Shown here one piece after another: positions 35,959 to 51,049 of a DNA stretch of 64,000 nucleotides. Source of the DNA: Zootoca vivipara (Eukaryota); the NCBI RefSeq assembly GCF_963506605.1, contig NC_083282.1, forward strand, positions 21,700,001 through 21,764,000, in the 5' to 3' direction. Both the position numbers and the translations under genes were made by a program. Every line of letters begins with the position of its first letter. Positions within the stretch are counted from its first letter, which is position 1. The notes beneath the pieces are model-generated. The model was not told where the DNA came from, did no database searches, and worked only from the letters and a program-made list of their open reading frames with translations.

Positions 35959-38900
35959 TATACTGTCCAGTAAGGTCAGCTCAGCCTCTGAAAAGTGTTG
36001 TCTTCCTCTCTTGCAAGCCACTCATGATAGCAAAGTTTTCAGACAGGCTGTGCTGAACTTGATTACTTTATGAATGAAAAGAAAGCAGGATTGTGGAAGA
36101 ATTAAATCATGCCCGTATCTACTTCCATCAGTGTGCAACAACTTTGGTTATTTATGACTACGTATATGCTTTTCAAATGTTGCATTGGCAGGCAAAAAAA
36201 CAACACAAAGAAACTTTTTTGAGTTAACAGGAGCTTTTGCAGGCACAGTATACCTATTTAAGTTGGGCTCTGTTCTTCCTGCATGTGCTCTTGTACAAGC
36301 TGTAGCAGTTTATGGATCAGCAACTTGGTCTTGCGTGTCTGTTTTTCTCCTTGGGTTTCAGCTCTTACCTGAGTTACAGTTTTTCGGTATTTAACTTCGC
36401 CAAGTTGAAGCCTATATTTCTCAGTTCAGGTTTGCTTATTTTTAGTTTTTGTATCTGCATTCTTCCTCATCTTTGGTAGATTTCAACAAATAGGATGTCC
36501 TGTTTACTCACTGTTGATGAGAATACTATCTTGCTGTGACCAACAGGGTACCAATGGAGGAATTTCCAGTTAAACACACCAGTGCAATTAACCTCCTTAT
36601 ATGTGATTATTGAGTTTTCCCTGCTTTGGGTAACTCTCCTGAGAGACCACTCCCTCCACCCCAACTATGGACTTTTGAAACTAAAACAAATACAGCTCAA
36701 TAAAGTTTTCTACATCTGCTTTGGTCTTTAAAGCAGTGTGTAGTAATTAGGTATGCCCAAATAGCAAAAATAAGATTTGGAAGTACAGGGAGATTGTAGA
36801 GGAGGATTTGTAGAGGTATTGTAGTATATTAAGATTTAGATATAAGTGTTAAATAAGAATTGAAACGTTAAGCAATTAATAAGCGATGAACTTTGTTAGT
36901 TAAGGTAAAAATAAGATGATTGAAGTATGATATAGAAATTACTAAGGATGATATACAGTGAAACGCAGCAAGGAGGGACATGAGGAAGTCAACAATGTCA
37001 GGACATATGAATGATAAATATGGGTGTTTTTTTCTTTTTGTGTTTTATATGATTTTTTTGTATTTTTTGTTGTGTTTTATATATTTTTTCAGTTTTATAA
37101 AATCAATAAATATATTTGGGGGGAAAAACAAGTAGCAAAAATAAAACTGGTTGAACTTTTCTTCTTAAAATATAGGTTGACTTGAGTGCATGCTTATACC
37201 AAAACAGCAAGCATAAAATTCTAGCAAGCTCATGAGCAGTGGTGGAAAAGAAAGCCGATAAATGCTCATTCCCCCTTACAGTTTGTACATACCTCCTGAG
37301 TGTTTTTTTATTTCATAAAATTTATTTACTGCTTGGCTGTAAAAACAAAACTAAACCTCAAAGCAGTTTACAAAAAGAGTAAAACAATAAAATAGTAAAA
37401 CAATTAAAAGATACAAAAAAATTGATCCAGCAATAAACTAAAAACACATCAGTAGGGTGTTTTTAGCAACTTTCATTTAACAGAATGAAAGCCTCTGGCC
37501 CATCTATCTAATCTATCTATCTATCTATCTATCTAATTTGTATACTGCCCTTCATCCGTAGATCTCAGGGTGGTTCACAAAAACCAAGATAGGAGGCAAA
37601 ATTTGCAGGTGCTATTCTAACCATTTGTTTTGTGACAAACGTTATACAGTACCCATATTGCTAGGAGGTAAGTCTGAGAGGATACTGAAATAGAATAGTT
37701 TCCGAGCACAATTCAAAGTTTTGGTGCTGACCTTTAAAGCCTGAAATGGCCTCAGTCGAGTTGTGAGTGTGTAGACTGGTGGAATCACAAAACCAGCATG
37801 AAGGGGGAGTGTTAACCACCCATCCACTAATGCTGCTTGCTTCAGTTACCAACTTTGCTGTCCCCTTGTCTGTAGAAGTTACTATTCTTTTAGTGATTTG
37901 TTCTGTTTACAACTCTTTTTTTCTATTTTCGTAACTAGCAATCAGTGCTATGTTTACAGTTAAACTTGTTACATGGAAGCAAATTCAGTGCCAAATGCAA
38001 GTCCTGCTTAGATTGGTTCTGCTTAGGAGCTCCCAAGTGTTCTTCCAATTGTTTCTTTGCAACAGGGCTTGCATTTGGCGCTGTTTGAATTCAACATGGT
38101 ATACAAACCCTGCTGCTTTCAAGTGGACTCAGAATCCCCCTGGCATCTTATGACATAAGGCGATTGGCAGAGCCACCCACCTGTTAAAAGACAAGTGGCC
38201 ACTTTTTGATCTGGCCTGCCTGATAAAAAGTGGTTCCCCACCCTTGCTCTTAGGAGAAAGAAAAGGATAATTTTATAAGAGGCAACCTTTTTGAGTGGCA
38301 TTCACAATATGAATATGCCCCTCCTTGTAATACTATGATGCAATTGTGTTGGGTTAACTTGGGGTAGGAAGAGGTGAGAGACAAATGGCAGTTTAGTGTA
38401 GATCACTAAGATGGCAGTCCTATGCACACTTGCCTTATGAGTAAATAATTATAGGATTGTGCTGTAACTATTCTTACAAGTACATTCTTTCAAAGGAGAA
38501 TTTTTTTGCAATTCATCGTTTCTATGTATGTGTTGGGGAGGCGACCAAATGCTTATTTAATGCGGTCACTGGTAGGTAGAATTGGAGATATACTGCCTGT
38601 GATACGGAAGGTAGCACATAGCCATCAGGGCTAGTAGCTACTAACAGCCTTATCTTCCATGAATTTGTCTAATCCCCCTTTGAGTGCTTCAGGTAATTAA
38701 TTGTAATGAGTGATCAAATTAAAAACCTGATAGCCATGCTACTAGGTTTTGTAGGACAGTATTATTGCATTCTTCACTTTGATTTTAATACATTATTTCT
38801 ATTAAATCGTAGGAAAGATTGTTAACTATTCTCTACATTATGATAACCATTCTCTTTCTCACTGGTGCATTCTTCGTTGTTTCTAATCTAATTGCCTGTT

Positions 38901-40019
38901 TCTCAATTGCCAGTTCCTTCCCCCCCCCCCCTCCACAAGTAATTGATTTCACCTTCTAGTAGCTATTAATATCTGCTTTTTTCTCTGTGCCAATTGTGAT
39001 CACATCCCTTGCTCACAACATAAATCAACCATCTCATGTTGAGTAGCACATTATGATAGCAGCCTGAATTTTGAATAGTATTTTTAGTATCATTTAAGGA
39101 TTCTTAAACTTTTGGCATACTGTTCTATGTAACAGAAAACAAAAGGTGGAAGCAATGATGTCTGTTTGGAAAGAAATCGGGTCTTCACAGTGGTTGTCCA
39201 TGTTGCTTGACTACTTAGGATGAATTAAAACATTTTTTCTGAAACATCTGAGAGCTAAAGCACTTTGTTTTTAAACCTCAATTAAAATTGAATGTAGATA
39301 TCACACTCAAAGCCCAGGCAGTTTTCTTGGTTTAATGAGAATTGTCTGCCCTCAGAACTCCTTTTTGCGTGGTTCCTGACTGGAAAAAGGCCAAGCCACA
39401 CCAGTAATATATAAAGACCCCATGAGCTACTTTCAAGGATAGGTTCTTTGATTGCACTAGGATGATGTAGATCCCACCATAACTGTGATGGAGCAGGACT
39501 ACTTACCCCATTGAGCAGTGAAGGTTAATTCAAAGAAAACCAAGACTAGAGCAGTCAGCCATGCAGAAATACAGTGAGGAGGCTCCTTTCTTGCTGAATT
39601 ATTGCCTTTTGGGCTCACCAGTGCTTTAATTTATTTTTTGAGGTGTGCTACCAGTTATCCCATGGCACATTAGTGTTTCCTAGCACATAGTTTGGGATAA
39701 CCTGAAATGGTTATCAGTTATTGTACAGTTATCATTGCTTCTCAGTGCTTCAGGCAATTAATTATGTAATGGTTGCAGGAAAAATCCATGGTAAGTTGAT
39801 TCGCCAAATATTACAGGGCTTTGTGAGGAAGCACATTAGCAGCTGCATTTTACTTCAGTTAATCTCCTTTTTAAAATGTTGGTTGAAAGAAAAAAAATAC
39901 TCATTTCACATACTGATTTGGAAACTGTATGCATGCACAAATTGTATTTTTCTTGATGAGTTTATAATAAATAGGGTAGCTTTCAGATATGAAATGAATT
40001 ATAAAAAAATGTCTTTCAG

Positions 40020-40192
40020 CCAATGGTAACGACAACAAGAAATTCAAAGGTGAAGATAAAATGGATGGGGCTCCTTCTCGTGTTCTTCATATCAGGAAAT
40101 TACCAGGGGAAGTGACAGAAACAGAAGTTATTGCTTTAGGCTTACCTTTTGGTAAGGTAACCAACATTCTCATGCTGAAAGGAAAGAACCAG
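40020..40192 (+). CDS. PTBP2: PTBP2 exon 4 (KKFK NLS segment, start of RRM1)
   Basis: [58 protein letters not shown]; ctttcag| ... CAG|gtactc; 173 nt. Confidence 0.97.
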
Positions 40193-43100
40193 GTACTCTC
40201 TAATTTTGTCTTACTATTTTAGTATAGAAAACATCTACACACCAATCAGTCTAAATACTCTGTCTGCCTTAAGTTGAGGCCATACCCCAGCAACGGAGCC
40301 TACTCTACTAGCCAGGCTTGGAGAAATTTTTCAAGTTAATAAGTGCAGAATTCAGTGTTCATGGACACACACACACGCCTTCTACAAGAGTGAGATAAAA
40401 GGTCAGATTTTAAGCATCAGTACCCATTGGTTGGACATTTGCTTTTATTCACTTGATCCTATCTTCTGCTGTTGTGTTGCGGTACATAGGTTTGGGTCCT
40501 AAGCACAATTCAGTTAAAGGTAAAATCTAGCTCATGCTGATTTCAGTGGGAGAGAATCATGCACATTCTAATCTCCCCTTGAAATTGATTATGGTGGTAG
40601 ATTTCAAAATGGTGGACTCAAATGTGTCTCCTCCCCCTGCCCCCAAGTCTCATTTTCCAAGCTGTACACAGGTCCATTCAGGCCTACCAAGAAAGGGCGT
40701 GTTTTTGTATGACCATGCCTCTCACTACCAGTTTCACCTTTCCCAAGCCTCTTGTTAGAGTGGGGGACTACCAATACAGTGGTCTTCTGGCACTGGGAGC
40801 TACCTTTCCCGCGTTTTGTGGCATCAATAGATGTTTCTGCAGATACAGTCATGAACAGGCCTTAAGTTTAAGTTCTCTGCTGCTGTCATCACCTTATGAG
40901 CAGCAATTCAGAGAGGGACAGCAGCAGTGGCCTGTGCTGTGGCCCAATCATATCCATATTTGATTGAGCCCAATACTGAGCTCAGTGAAACTCATCATGA
41001 AGAGCCTAACTAATGCTAACACTCCCCAATGTAAGAGCTGCCTGTTTGCTGAGCATTCTGAAGACTCTGAGTTCTGATGGAGATACAAGCTAACACTCTT
41101 AAGAAGTCTTTTTTCTGTTTCATATCTCTGTAACTCATTCATTTTCTCTGCTGCTGCCAACTTTAAAGGAAGGCAATCATTAAGGGGCAGATAAGTAAAT
41201 ACCAGTTCTTCCTTCCCTGCCTCCATTTTCTTGTACCTAAATAGGAGGAGGGAGATCACCACTTCAAATTCTCAGCAATCCGAGCCAAGCTGCTCTTTTG
41301 CTTAGCATATCAGGTTCTTAAATATGGCTTGATGGTTGCTTTTCTTTCTAATACTGGTTAATGCAGTGTCCCTTCAGTTATCATCCTATACTTCTATTTT
41401 TTTGTTTTAAAACGTGTGTCTTTCAATGTGTTTTGTGAAAAGCTTACATTTTGGTGTCTGAAAACTAATCTTATCTAAAAATATTTCATTTGAAGAAACC
41501 TAATTTTTTCAAAACGGAAATTCTGATATTACTTTACCAAATCTGGTATAACAAAGATAATAGTTCTGCTATGATAATAAAGACTTAAGAAGATGAAAAC
41601 CTTTGAGGAACTTCTCCTGCCTCCTTAACATGGGATCACATTCACAGCCTAATTCTAAACATTCAGAAATAAGTTACACCCCTTAGGCTGTAATTCAGCC
41701 CTGCAAGCTTCTGCCTGTGGAGTGGCACCAGTGTCGCAATGCCAGTGTGGAGCTCCCTGTTCTGCTGCCAAACATGCGGGTGGAAGTGCAGGAAGTAGGA
41801 GGGACTGAACCAGCTCAAGACAGCTGTATCCCAAGCTGGCTCCACTGCCATCCCTTGCCACCATCAACCTTGATCTAGCCTTGAGTGCTGGTGTGGTGGT
41901 TTTCCTATCCACTCCCACCTTCCACCCTGGCCAGTGTGACCAAGGGGCTGTGGATGTGGAGGTGGCTGTCATGCCTTGCATCCGGGCTTTGGATTGTCAT
42001 GTTACACTCATAGAGTTTACTCCTTCTAAAAGGGACTGCTATTTGTTCAAAGGGCTAAACTTGGAGAATGAGGATGAGACAACTATCCATCTTGTTTTGC
42101 TACTTAATTGAAAATTACATACGTGAGTTTGCAGGAAACAATAGACTTTGGGAACTATGAGATGTGATGTATCTTGTTGAGCAAGATTATTGAGGATGTT
42201 CTTGAGCAAGAAGCCTGAGGAATGCTTTCTGCTGAATAGTGTTTTTACATAGTTATTAGAGGATGCAATGAAAGAGCACTTAACTCTTTAACCAGCCTGA
42301 AGACTCATTTTAGGCGAATAGAATAGTCCTGCTTCATATTCTTTCCCCAAATATACCCAATATTAGTACATGATCTAAAGGAAACCTTTGTTTTCTTCAC
42401 CATAATAGCTTTTGCAAAGGCCACTAAAAGCTCTCTCACATAGTTTGTGCATATTAGCTAAGGAAGGTGATTCTTATCCCTTCCCCGACTCACCAAATGA
42501 TTGAACTGATGGCCAGACTTAAACCTCTCCATCCAGCCCAGCACTGTATCTTTTTTTTTTTGCAGTCAAAATCAGCATGGTCTCGGAAGACCCAAAAACT
42601 GTTTTGGGGCGCCTAGATTAGGTCCCCAGACCAGGAGTCAGCCCCTCCCTGCTGTAAGCCATTTCTGACAGCACATTATAAACTTTTGACTTCTTGGTCA
42701 GGCGTTCTAATAGCCAAGTCAGGAGATCACAGGCCTTTAATAACTGTTGGTAAAGGGATATAAATCCAGATCCATTCTCCTACAGTATTGGATGCTGTCT
42801 GTGGAAAATAACCTTTGCCCAATTCCCTCCTGTGGTTCGCAGCCACACAGCTTACTGGAGGTTTTTATATGAAGGCTTTTAAATAGTCACCTACCAATTT
42901 GAAACCTGTGGAAAAAATGAATACTTTCTATTGGGTCAGGGGAAGGTAATTGGCCACCATGTCTTTCAACATATTGCTGGAGCCTGTATATTTCTCTCAG
43001 AAATTGGGATAGTGGAGTAGTGCTCCCTTTCATTTAGGATCAGGTTTGGTAAGTTTCAAATAGCCACAGTGATCTGCTGATGGGTGTAACAAGTCATTTG

Positions 43101-43676
43101 CTTTTTAAGGTTATGGAGCTTGGAGCGCTGCTGCTTGTTCAGACCTCTATGCTTCTCCCTTCAGCCAGGCTGGTACTGATCCTCCTGTCATCTGTGTTTT
43201 GGAGAGGAGAACCCATGTAAAAGTGCCTTTCTTTCTGAAAATTGCTCTTGGGATTCCCCTCTGCCATTTTTTTTTTTTTACTGTTTGCCATGTTTTGGTT
43301 GTCAACAACCCATGGATAAGAGCAAGTCGACAACCTTAACTGTCAGACTGTAAATATCTCCAAGTTTGCTTCAAGTGGGTGTATCTGAAAAAAATTGTAC
43401 ATGCTCATTTCCATAGACATCAGAGCTGTGGCTGCTTTTGCCCTCAAGGGAAACTGTAGCATTTTGTGGACAGTTAGGGCACATTCTGACCTAGTCCTTG
43501 CTTAGTAAGATGTATAGATCTGTAATGTGTACAGTTTTACATTTTAAGGTCTGGGTTCTGAATGATTTTGGCAAGTGTTTTAAATGTCTCATCCTGAAAG
43601 GGCCTGGCAAATTCAGAAACAGAATATATTTATGTATGCTGCAAATACTACAAAACCATTTTTAATATTTTTATAG

Positions 43677-43820
43677 GCTTTTTTGGAATTAGCAACAGAA
43701 GAAGCTGCGATCACTATGGTCAATTATTACTCTGCTGTGACACCTCACCTTCGTAATCAGCCCATTTATATCCAGTATTCAAACCATAAAGAGTTAAAGA
43801 CCGACAATACACTGAATCAG
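43677..43820 (+). CDS. PTBP2: PTBP2 exon 5 (RRM1)
   Basis: [48 protein letters not shown]; tttttatag| ... CAG|gtaact; 144 nt. Confidence 0.97.
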
Positions 43821-46800
43821 GTAACTTGTCCATTCTCAATATTATAGTTGTTAATGTTGTATTGATTCCCTGTGTGTAAACACCCCATCATCAGTCCCCG
43901 TCCACCATTCTGGTTAACGTAGGAGATTTGCATTTGGTATTATTTTATGGTAAAGGCAAATAGTGCAAATGCCTAATAGTGTTAAACAGTTAAACTCCCT
44001 AAACATTGTTTCCTCAAGTCAACTTGGACATTAATTTTGGCTCAAGAGCTCGAGTTCACCTATAAAAGGAACTTGTTTCCTTCTTATGTGGATAATGTGC
44101 AGTCTTATTTCCAGTATGTTTAAATAATCCATTTAAATTTCATAGCACTGGTAACCTTGCCTTATTTGATCTACTCTTCCCATAATGCAGTCACTGCAAA
44201 ATATATTCATATTCACTCCAGGAAATAACTGAGAATATAGTCATTTGATCTTAAAGACGTTAAAAACCTATTCTTTCAGATCAAGACTGTATTCTTACTG
44301 GAGCAGGGAAACTACTGCTCTTACAGGTGCTAACTTTAAAGATCTTTTTATGCATTTGATGTTCCCATTTCCTATGAAGGGTGTTAAAGCTGCACTGACC
44401 CATGCTATGTCAAATGGTAATATCTTCATGTTCGTTTCTTGTGGTTTTTCCCTTGATCATACTAACAGTGCTATAACAAGCAACACTTTTTAGGACTCTT
44501 TCTGTTCTAGTCTTCTCTTCGTTAAGCCTTGCCTAGAGACTGGGCATGTCTCATTTGAAATATAATTGTCCAATCAACTTTTTAGCCAGTTTTCCATAGG
44601 TGTTAAAAACTTGCTTGTTACCTGTGGTGGTAATCCTTAGAAAGTGTGTATTTTCTGGTAAGACCTGTTGGCAATAAGCCTTCATTACAAAATAATTTTA
44701 CGTAACAGGGGCAGGGCAAACTGTCTTCTTGATGGTTGCTGAATTCTGTTCTGATAACATCCGGTTGAATGACACTTTAAGTGTGAAAGCCAGAGAATGT
44801 GCTGCAATTTGAAGAGCTTAATTATTCCATAATAGGAGGCCAACACAATTTCCGGAAATTTTACATCTCTACTAGAGGGTCCACTGTACTTTAACAAACT
44901 GCACTTTTTAGTATATATTGGTTCCCTCCTCACATAGGATTCCCATTCATAACCCTGTAGTCACCATTATAGTAGCTGATATAACCCAATCTTATTGAAC
45001 TAAAGAAATGTTTGCATATTAGTAGACAAAAGAGGGAACTCCTATTATTGCTGCTGTATTGAACTTGAATCTCAATCATGTAAGATGTAAAAAGTGTCCA
45101 TGTAGATTGTAATGGGTTTTTAAAGATTGAGAAAGAGCAAATAGCAGTGCTAAAGTGAGAGTTCCGGAAGATTCCTTTCAGTCCAAAGCACATTTACTGG
45201 GAAGTAAGACTTACCTATGATATCCAGCTATCTTGCTTTTAATGAAATGTGGCATACAGTAATGCCAAGCACAGCTTTTTCAGTAGGATTTTATAATATT
45301 GCCCGGGGGGGGGGGATCTCCTATTGACTTCTTAAACATAAATCCATTTTGCTACCACAAAGGTTTTGTGTAAGTATTAGGAAAACAATATTCATAAAAT
45401 AAAGTTTTAAAGACATAAACAAAAAGGTTATGTTCCATTGATTTCAGTGGTAACAAGACACCATTTTATTTACATTCTGCCCACTAGATCATAAAACATG
45501 TATATTTTATTGTTGGTGTTCTTATTGTTAAACCACTTTGGAGTGTTTTATGGAAAGTAAAATATGAAATAAGAGTGGCATTCCTTTCCGGCATATTTTA
45601 TTTAAAATTAATGCTGGTGTGCTTAAATAGGCACATGTGTTGTTTAAGTTGTGACTAATAATAATAATATTGAGAATATTTATATACATTTTTGTAGCAT
45701 CTCTATAATGATACATTCAGGCAAAATGGATCTATGGTTTATTTAAGAAGAAACCAGTATGGACAATTTTAGAAATGGTGACTGCATTCTGATTATCATA
45801 TTTCAGCTTAAGAAAAAAAAGCTGAGATATGAACAAGCCTTTTGGCATTTTCATGCAGCCCCTTCATGTGAGTGAGCAAAAACAAACCAGGAAGTCTTTC
45901 ATTAACTGTAGTTTCCCTTTTTTGACCAAACCATTAAACTTTGGTTAACAGCAGCACCACAAGCTAGACAATGAAGGTAAGGGTGGGTGGAGTGTTGGGA
46001 TAGGTCCTGGTATACCAGGAGTCAAATCCCCACTCATATGTGCCTCTCTCTCTCTCTCTCTCTCTCTCAACCTAACCTAACCCATAGGGTTATAAAATGG
46101 AGAGAGAAGAGAGGCACATATGCCACATTGGGTTTTTTAGTGGAAAAGTGGGATATAATTTTAGAATAAATGGTTTGAAGTTGGACTTCAATCCTGGTTT
46201 TGCTGACGTTAACCATAGTTTCCTGATTTATCTGAAAAGAGAAACTCTAGTTAATGTAAGACTTCCTGGTTTGTCTGCTCCTGCTGTGAAGGGGCTGTAT
46301 GCATGGACAGAAGTTTCATTCAGATCTTAACTTACTAATTTTGCCATTAACTATCTTTAAATCACTATTTAAGAAAGTACTTCACACACATTTCTGATTT
46401 TGTGTGTGTGCATACTCCCTGTTTGTTTGTTTGAGTGAGTAAGCACTTAGAACCAGCACAGTTACCAGATGCAGAATGGATAGTTATCTGGATTTTCTGG
46501 GCTGTACTCAAGATTCTCTATTCATTAGCTCTAGGGCTCTTAGGAGTTTTAGTGCTGCACTACAGTAGAATCCAATGCAACAGTTGCACTAGCGGAAACT
46601 TGTGCCGTCTATTTCCCCAAAATTTACCAGCAGTATGCTTATGCATTCTCTTGCACAACTACGTTCCAGTGACACAAAACATTTTGCTACAGGAACAAGT
46701 ATACTGCTAAGTGACTAACTTAGTGCTACATTGGATACAACTCTTGGATAAACATTTGTCAAACCTTGCTTCAGAATACTATAGAAAAAACCCCTAAAGT

Positions 46801-48193
46801 CAACATTTGAGTGACTTTAAAAGTGACCCCCCCAAATAAAGATCAACCACTCAATGCCCCATTACCTTGAGACACTGACTTTCCCGCGGCTGCATAGGAC
46901 TAAGATTCCATCAGATGCCCTCAATGTATTTAGAGGGGAGATACCTAGAACTCTACATGGAACACAGGTGCACTTATGGATGCAGTCAGGTTGAGGATGC
47001 TGTATGTTACTACCTGCTTTGCCCCTTGTATTCAGTGTCGAGAGATTTTTTTTAAAATCACCTGTTCTTGACTGTCCCTCAGTCAGATTCCCCACAGTAG
47101 GTGACAGTTGAGCTCCTAGTTGATAAAGATCTCCAGATTACATATCTGGTACCAATTTCGCTCTGGCAGCTAAGAAGCTCCCTTCTAGACACGTTAATGC
47201 TTCCTAATTTTAAAACCTCATGCTGTAAATCTTTATGTTTTAACTTTTATAGGTCATGTTGTGTGATTTCAGCATTGTTCTTATCCCCTGCTGTACATTG
47301 TAAAGGCCTTTGGATATATTCAATAAATTGATTGACTTTAAAAGTGTAAGTTCACTCCACTGTGTCAGTGGGAGTTCTGTCACTGTGTTGAGTATAAAGT
47401 TGATGTTGAGAAATGGTAAAAGATGCATAAATGTGAAATAAATTTATATGTACATTTATTGGATTGATAGATAACAGTGTACTTTTCACTGAGACCTTAG
47501 ATACAGTGTTCAGGCTGCCTTCAGTTGGCAAACTGCCAAGAAACAGCTAGCCAAATACATTTCTAAAGAGGTGATTGTGTCTGTGTCCCGTGAGCTTTTT
47601 GTCAGTTGATGTGTAAGACCATTGCTCTTATGTCAGGTAGTGGAATCAGAAAGGTCAGGCTCTGATAGGTCCTTAGTGGACTTTCCAAACTCATTGGTTT
47701 AAAAATCAGTGAGCTGTTGAATTATCAGAGAGTAGCTTTTGCTTGGTTAAAGGTTTTTGGTTGAAGAGAATTAAAGTGCAGACACGCCACTTTAAGATTG
47801 TGTTCAGAGTTTGGAGAAGAAGCAGCTGGAGCAGGGCTGAGAGGCGAAAGGTCCTGGTGACATCAGGGAGAAAGAATTCAGGATACTAGGGCTGAAACCA
47901 CAGAAGGCTGAAGCTGAAGAAGTGACTAGAGGGAAGACTTAAGGTTAAATCCTCTGCAAAGCCTGTGTGTTAACTTGAAGGAAAGGATAAAGGCTATTGA
48001 CTTGGAATAGGGAAGAAAACTAGTGCAGAGTACTTTGAAATAACGGTAACATTTTAAAGTAAATATCAAACAAAATGTTTCACACCTAACTTGCAAGTAT
48101 CATATAATCTGATAATATAAACAGATTGTTATAAATATTTGACTTTCAGTGTTAAATCTTCTGATCTGTTCATCACATACCGGTAGCCTAAAC

Positions 48194-48329
48194 CAGGCAT
48201 GGGCAAACTCGGCCCTCCAGATGTTTTGGAACTACAACTCCCATCATCCCTGACCACTGGTCATGTTAGCTAGGGATGATGGGAGTTGTAGTCCCAAAAC
48301 ATCTGGAGGGCTGAGTTTGCCTATGCCTG
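48194..48329. mobile_element. Young palindromic hAT MITE in intron 5
   Basis: TIR CAGGCATGGGCAAACTC ... GAGTTTGCCTATGCCTG, near-perfect ~58-bp arms, perfect 8-bp TSD GCCTAAAC (48186-48193, 48330-48337). Confidence 0.9.
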
Positions 48330-50884
48330 GCCTAAACCCAGTTATTCTGGGCTAATGGGAATCTTTAAAACGAAGGGAGATTAAAGAAATAAAAGCGGAT
48401 ACCTTCAATATATAAGATACAAATGGCAAGGATTCTGTACAAGACATTTACCTTGTACAGATAAAGGCAGGATCCTACGCTTAGAGATAAGATATAAAAA
48501 GTAACAAGGCATCACGGTGGATTACACCTGAATGACTCAGTACATTGATTATGATTTCCATACAGGCATCATTAGGCTGACTGGACACATGTTTGATACA
48601 TGTGTAGATTCTCATTGCCATCCAGGGCCATTTATTGTTGCATGACTAGACTTGAGCTGAACTGGGACTAGAATTTTTAATCACTTTTAATGAGAAATCA
48701 GCGCTTTTGGCTTATAAGTGTCAAAATACTTTGGGATGCCTCATGGGGGGTGATTCATAAATGAAAAAACAGTAATACCTAATATTTTATTTCTTTATTT
48801 AAACTAATTACACATTGATTAACTACAATAGTCTCTAGGTGGTTTATGAGGATCTGATATAAAAAGTAAAAAATTAATTAAAACTATAAAATTGGTTAAA
48901 ATGCCTTTTGAAATAATAATAAAATAGACTTCAGTAGGCACCACAGAGGTGGGCCGGGAGGAAACCATGGTCTGTGGGATCAAAAGCCCTGAGAGATTGA
49001 GAAGCAGAGTTGCACTCCCCCATTCACATCTTGATAAAGGTCATCCATTACAGCAAACAAGGCTGATTCATTCCCACAACTGCACCGGATCCCAGATGGA
49101 AACAAATCCAACTATTCATGTCCTCCAGGAATTCCTGTAAGTGCCTGGCCTCCAGCCTCTCCACTACCTTACCTGAGAAAGGGATATTTACAGCCAGGTA
49201 ATAGTTGTAAACCATAGGATCCATGGTTCATTTCTTCAGGAGTGGGTGTGCCACTGCCTGTTTATGGGCAGCAGGTGCCACTCCATCACATAAAAATGCA
49301 ATTCACCATGCCCTGCTCCCATTCGGTCAGCCCCTCTTAAGTGGATCCCGCTAGCCAAGGTGGGTAGGGATCAAGAGAACAAGAATCCTCTTTCATCACT
49401 GCAAGAGTCCTGCAATTATGAAATAGCATTTAACAATAATATGAGTTTTTCCTCTAAGTGGCCTTCTCCCATTCTTTTTCTGCTTGTTTAATTCATTTAA
49501 GGTATGTTGTGGGATCTTGAGTTTGTACAATAGCTTGGGTAAAAATGTTTAAATATATGGTACTGATCATTACCTGCCATGCTTTTTTTTAAAGATAAAA
49601 TTGGGTAGTATCCAACCAACACGTTCTGTCAGCACAAGTATTTCTGCTCATGGAATGGAACTTTCCTCTCCTTTTCCCATGTGCTCCCAAGCCCTACCCA
49701 AAACCTGCTCCAGAGGGTTTGGGAGAACTCCAGACTCAGGGGGCATGTTGGAGGGGGGGAAGTTCCAGTGTGTCAATGGAAATCCTCGCATTGGTGGGAA
49801 TGAGTTCATTGGATGCCACCCATTGATTTGCAGCCTTAAAACTCTCTGTGTGACAAAATCACTTAAACCAATTTGACCATAGTAGTAATTATGTTGACTT
49901 GTTTCCATCTGTGCTATTAATAGAAATTGACTGTGGTATCAAGATTTTTATCCCACGGTCAGGGGTGGTAGAATTTGCAATCCATCAACTCAAGGCTGAA
50001 GAACACTTGGTTAATCTGACCTTTATTTTTGACTGACTCCAGTTAAGTTTTATAGTACAAAGAACTGTCAAGTTACCTAAAACGCAAAAAGAGGGAGGGG
50101 TCCTTTTTGTTAAAACCGAGAGATAACATTATCCAGAAGTGTTCTCCTGTGAGAAAATAGATTATTCAGAATACAGAAGCTTGGATTCCTTTGCACTCTT
50201 ATGTTCTCAGGCAGTCTTCTTATTTACCTCTTCCTGTTCAACAGCAAGCAGTAGTACTTTCTTTGCTGGAGGTTTCCTTCCAATCTTTGGAACTGCTTGG
50301 ACTGAAGAGGAAAGGTGGGGAATAATGGGTCTCGGGCCCATCAATGAAAAAGAAAATAAAAAATGGCTAAGCTTACATTCCTGTGCATCTAGAATATACC
50401 CCAATCTTCTAGAGCTTGCTTGTGGCCAACTGCTGCACCTTATTTCAACAAAATGTACAGTGTTTTGTTGCTGAAATACCTATTCCATCTCTGGCTTCTC
50501 TTCAGCTGATGAGAATACTGTTATTTCTGATGCTTAGAAGTGATAGGTAAGTCCTGCAATAGCACAGATTTTTCCCCTTCCATCTTGATTTCATTTCAGA
50601 AAAATATACATCTGCTATGCATTAACAAATTTAGTCTAAATTATTACACTCTGATACACTATCAACATCCAGTTTAATGTAGGTAAAGAGTGTCAAGATG
50701 TGGTGCATGAAAGTATTCATACTGTCATATGGAGGGCAAAAATAAAAGCTAAAATATTTTTAGAAATTCTATTCTGTCATTGACTTTTTTAAAAGGTGCA
50801 TTGAAGCAACTACGGAATATACTAATCTTTAAATCTAATTCACATATTCTCATTTTGAATGCTTTCCCTTCTCTTTTATTGTAG

Positions 50885-51049
50885 CGAGCTCAAGCTGTTC
50901 TACAAGCAGTAACTGCAGTACAGACAACAAATACTCCCATAAGTGGAACCACAGTTAGCGAGAGTGCAGTAACACCAGCTCAGAGTCCTGTCCTTAGAAT
51001 AATTATCGATAACATGTATTATCCTGTAACTCTTGATGTTCTCCACCAA
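50885..51049 (+). CDS. PTBP2: PTBP2 exon 6 (linker, start of RRM2)
   Basis: [55 protein letters not shown]; ttgtag| ... CAA|gtaagt; 165 nt. Confidence 0.97.

Noticed and set aside
47570-48530. Possible old LTR hosting the hAT MITE
   Set aside because: The composition is suggestive, but I could not define termini or a TSD.
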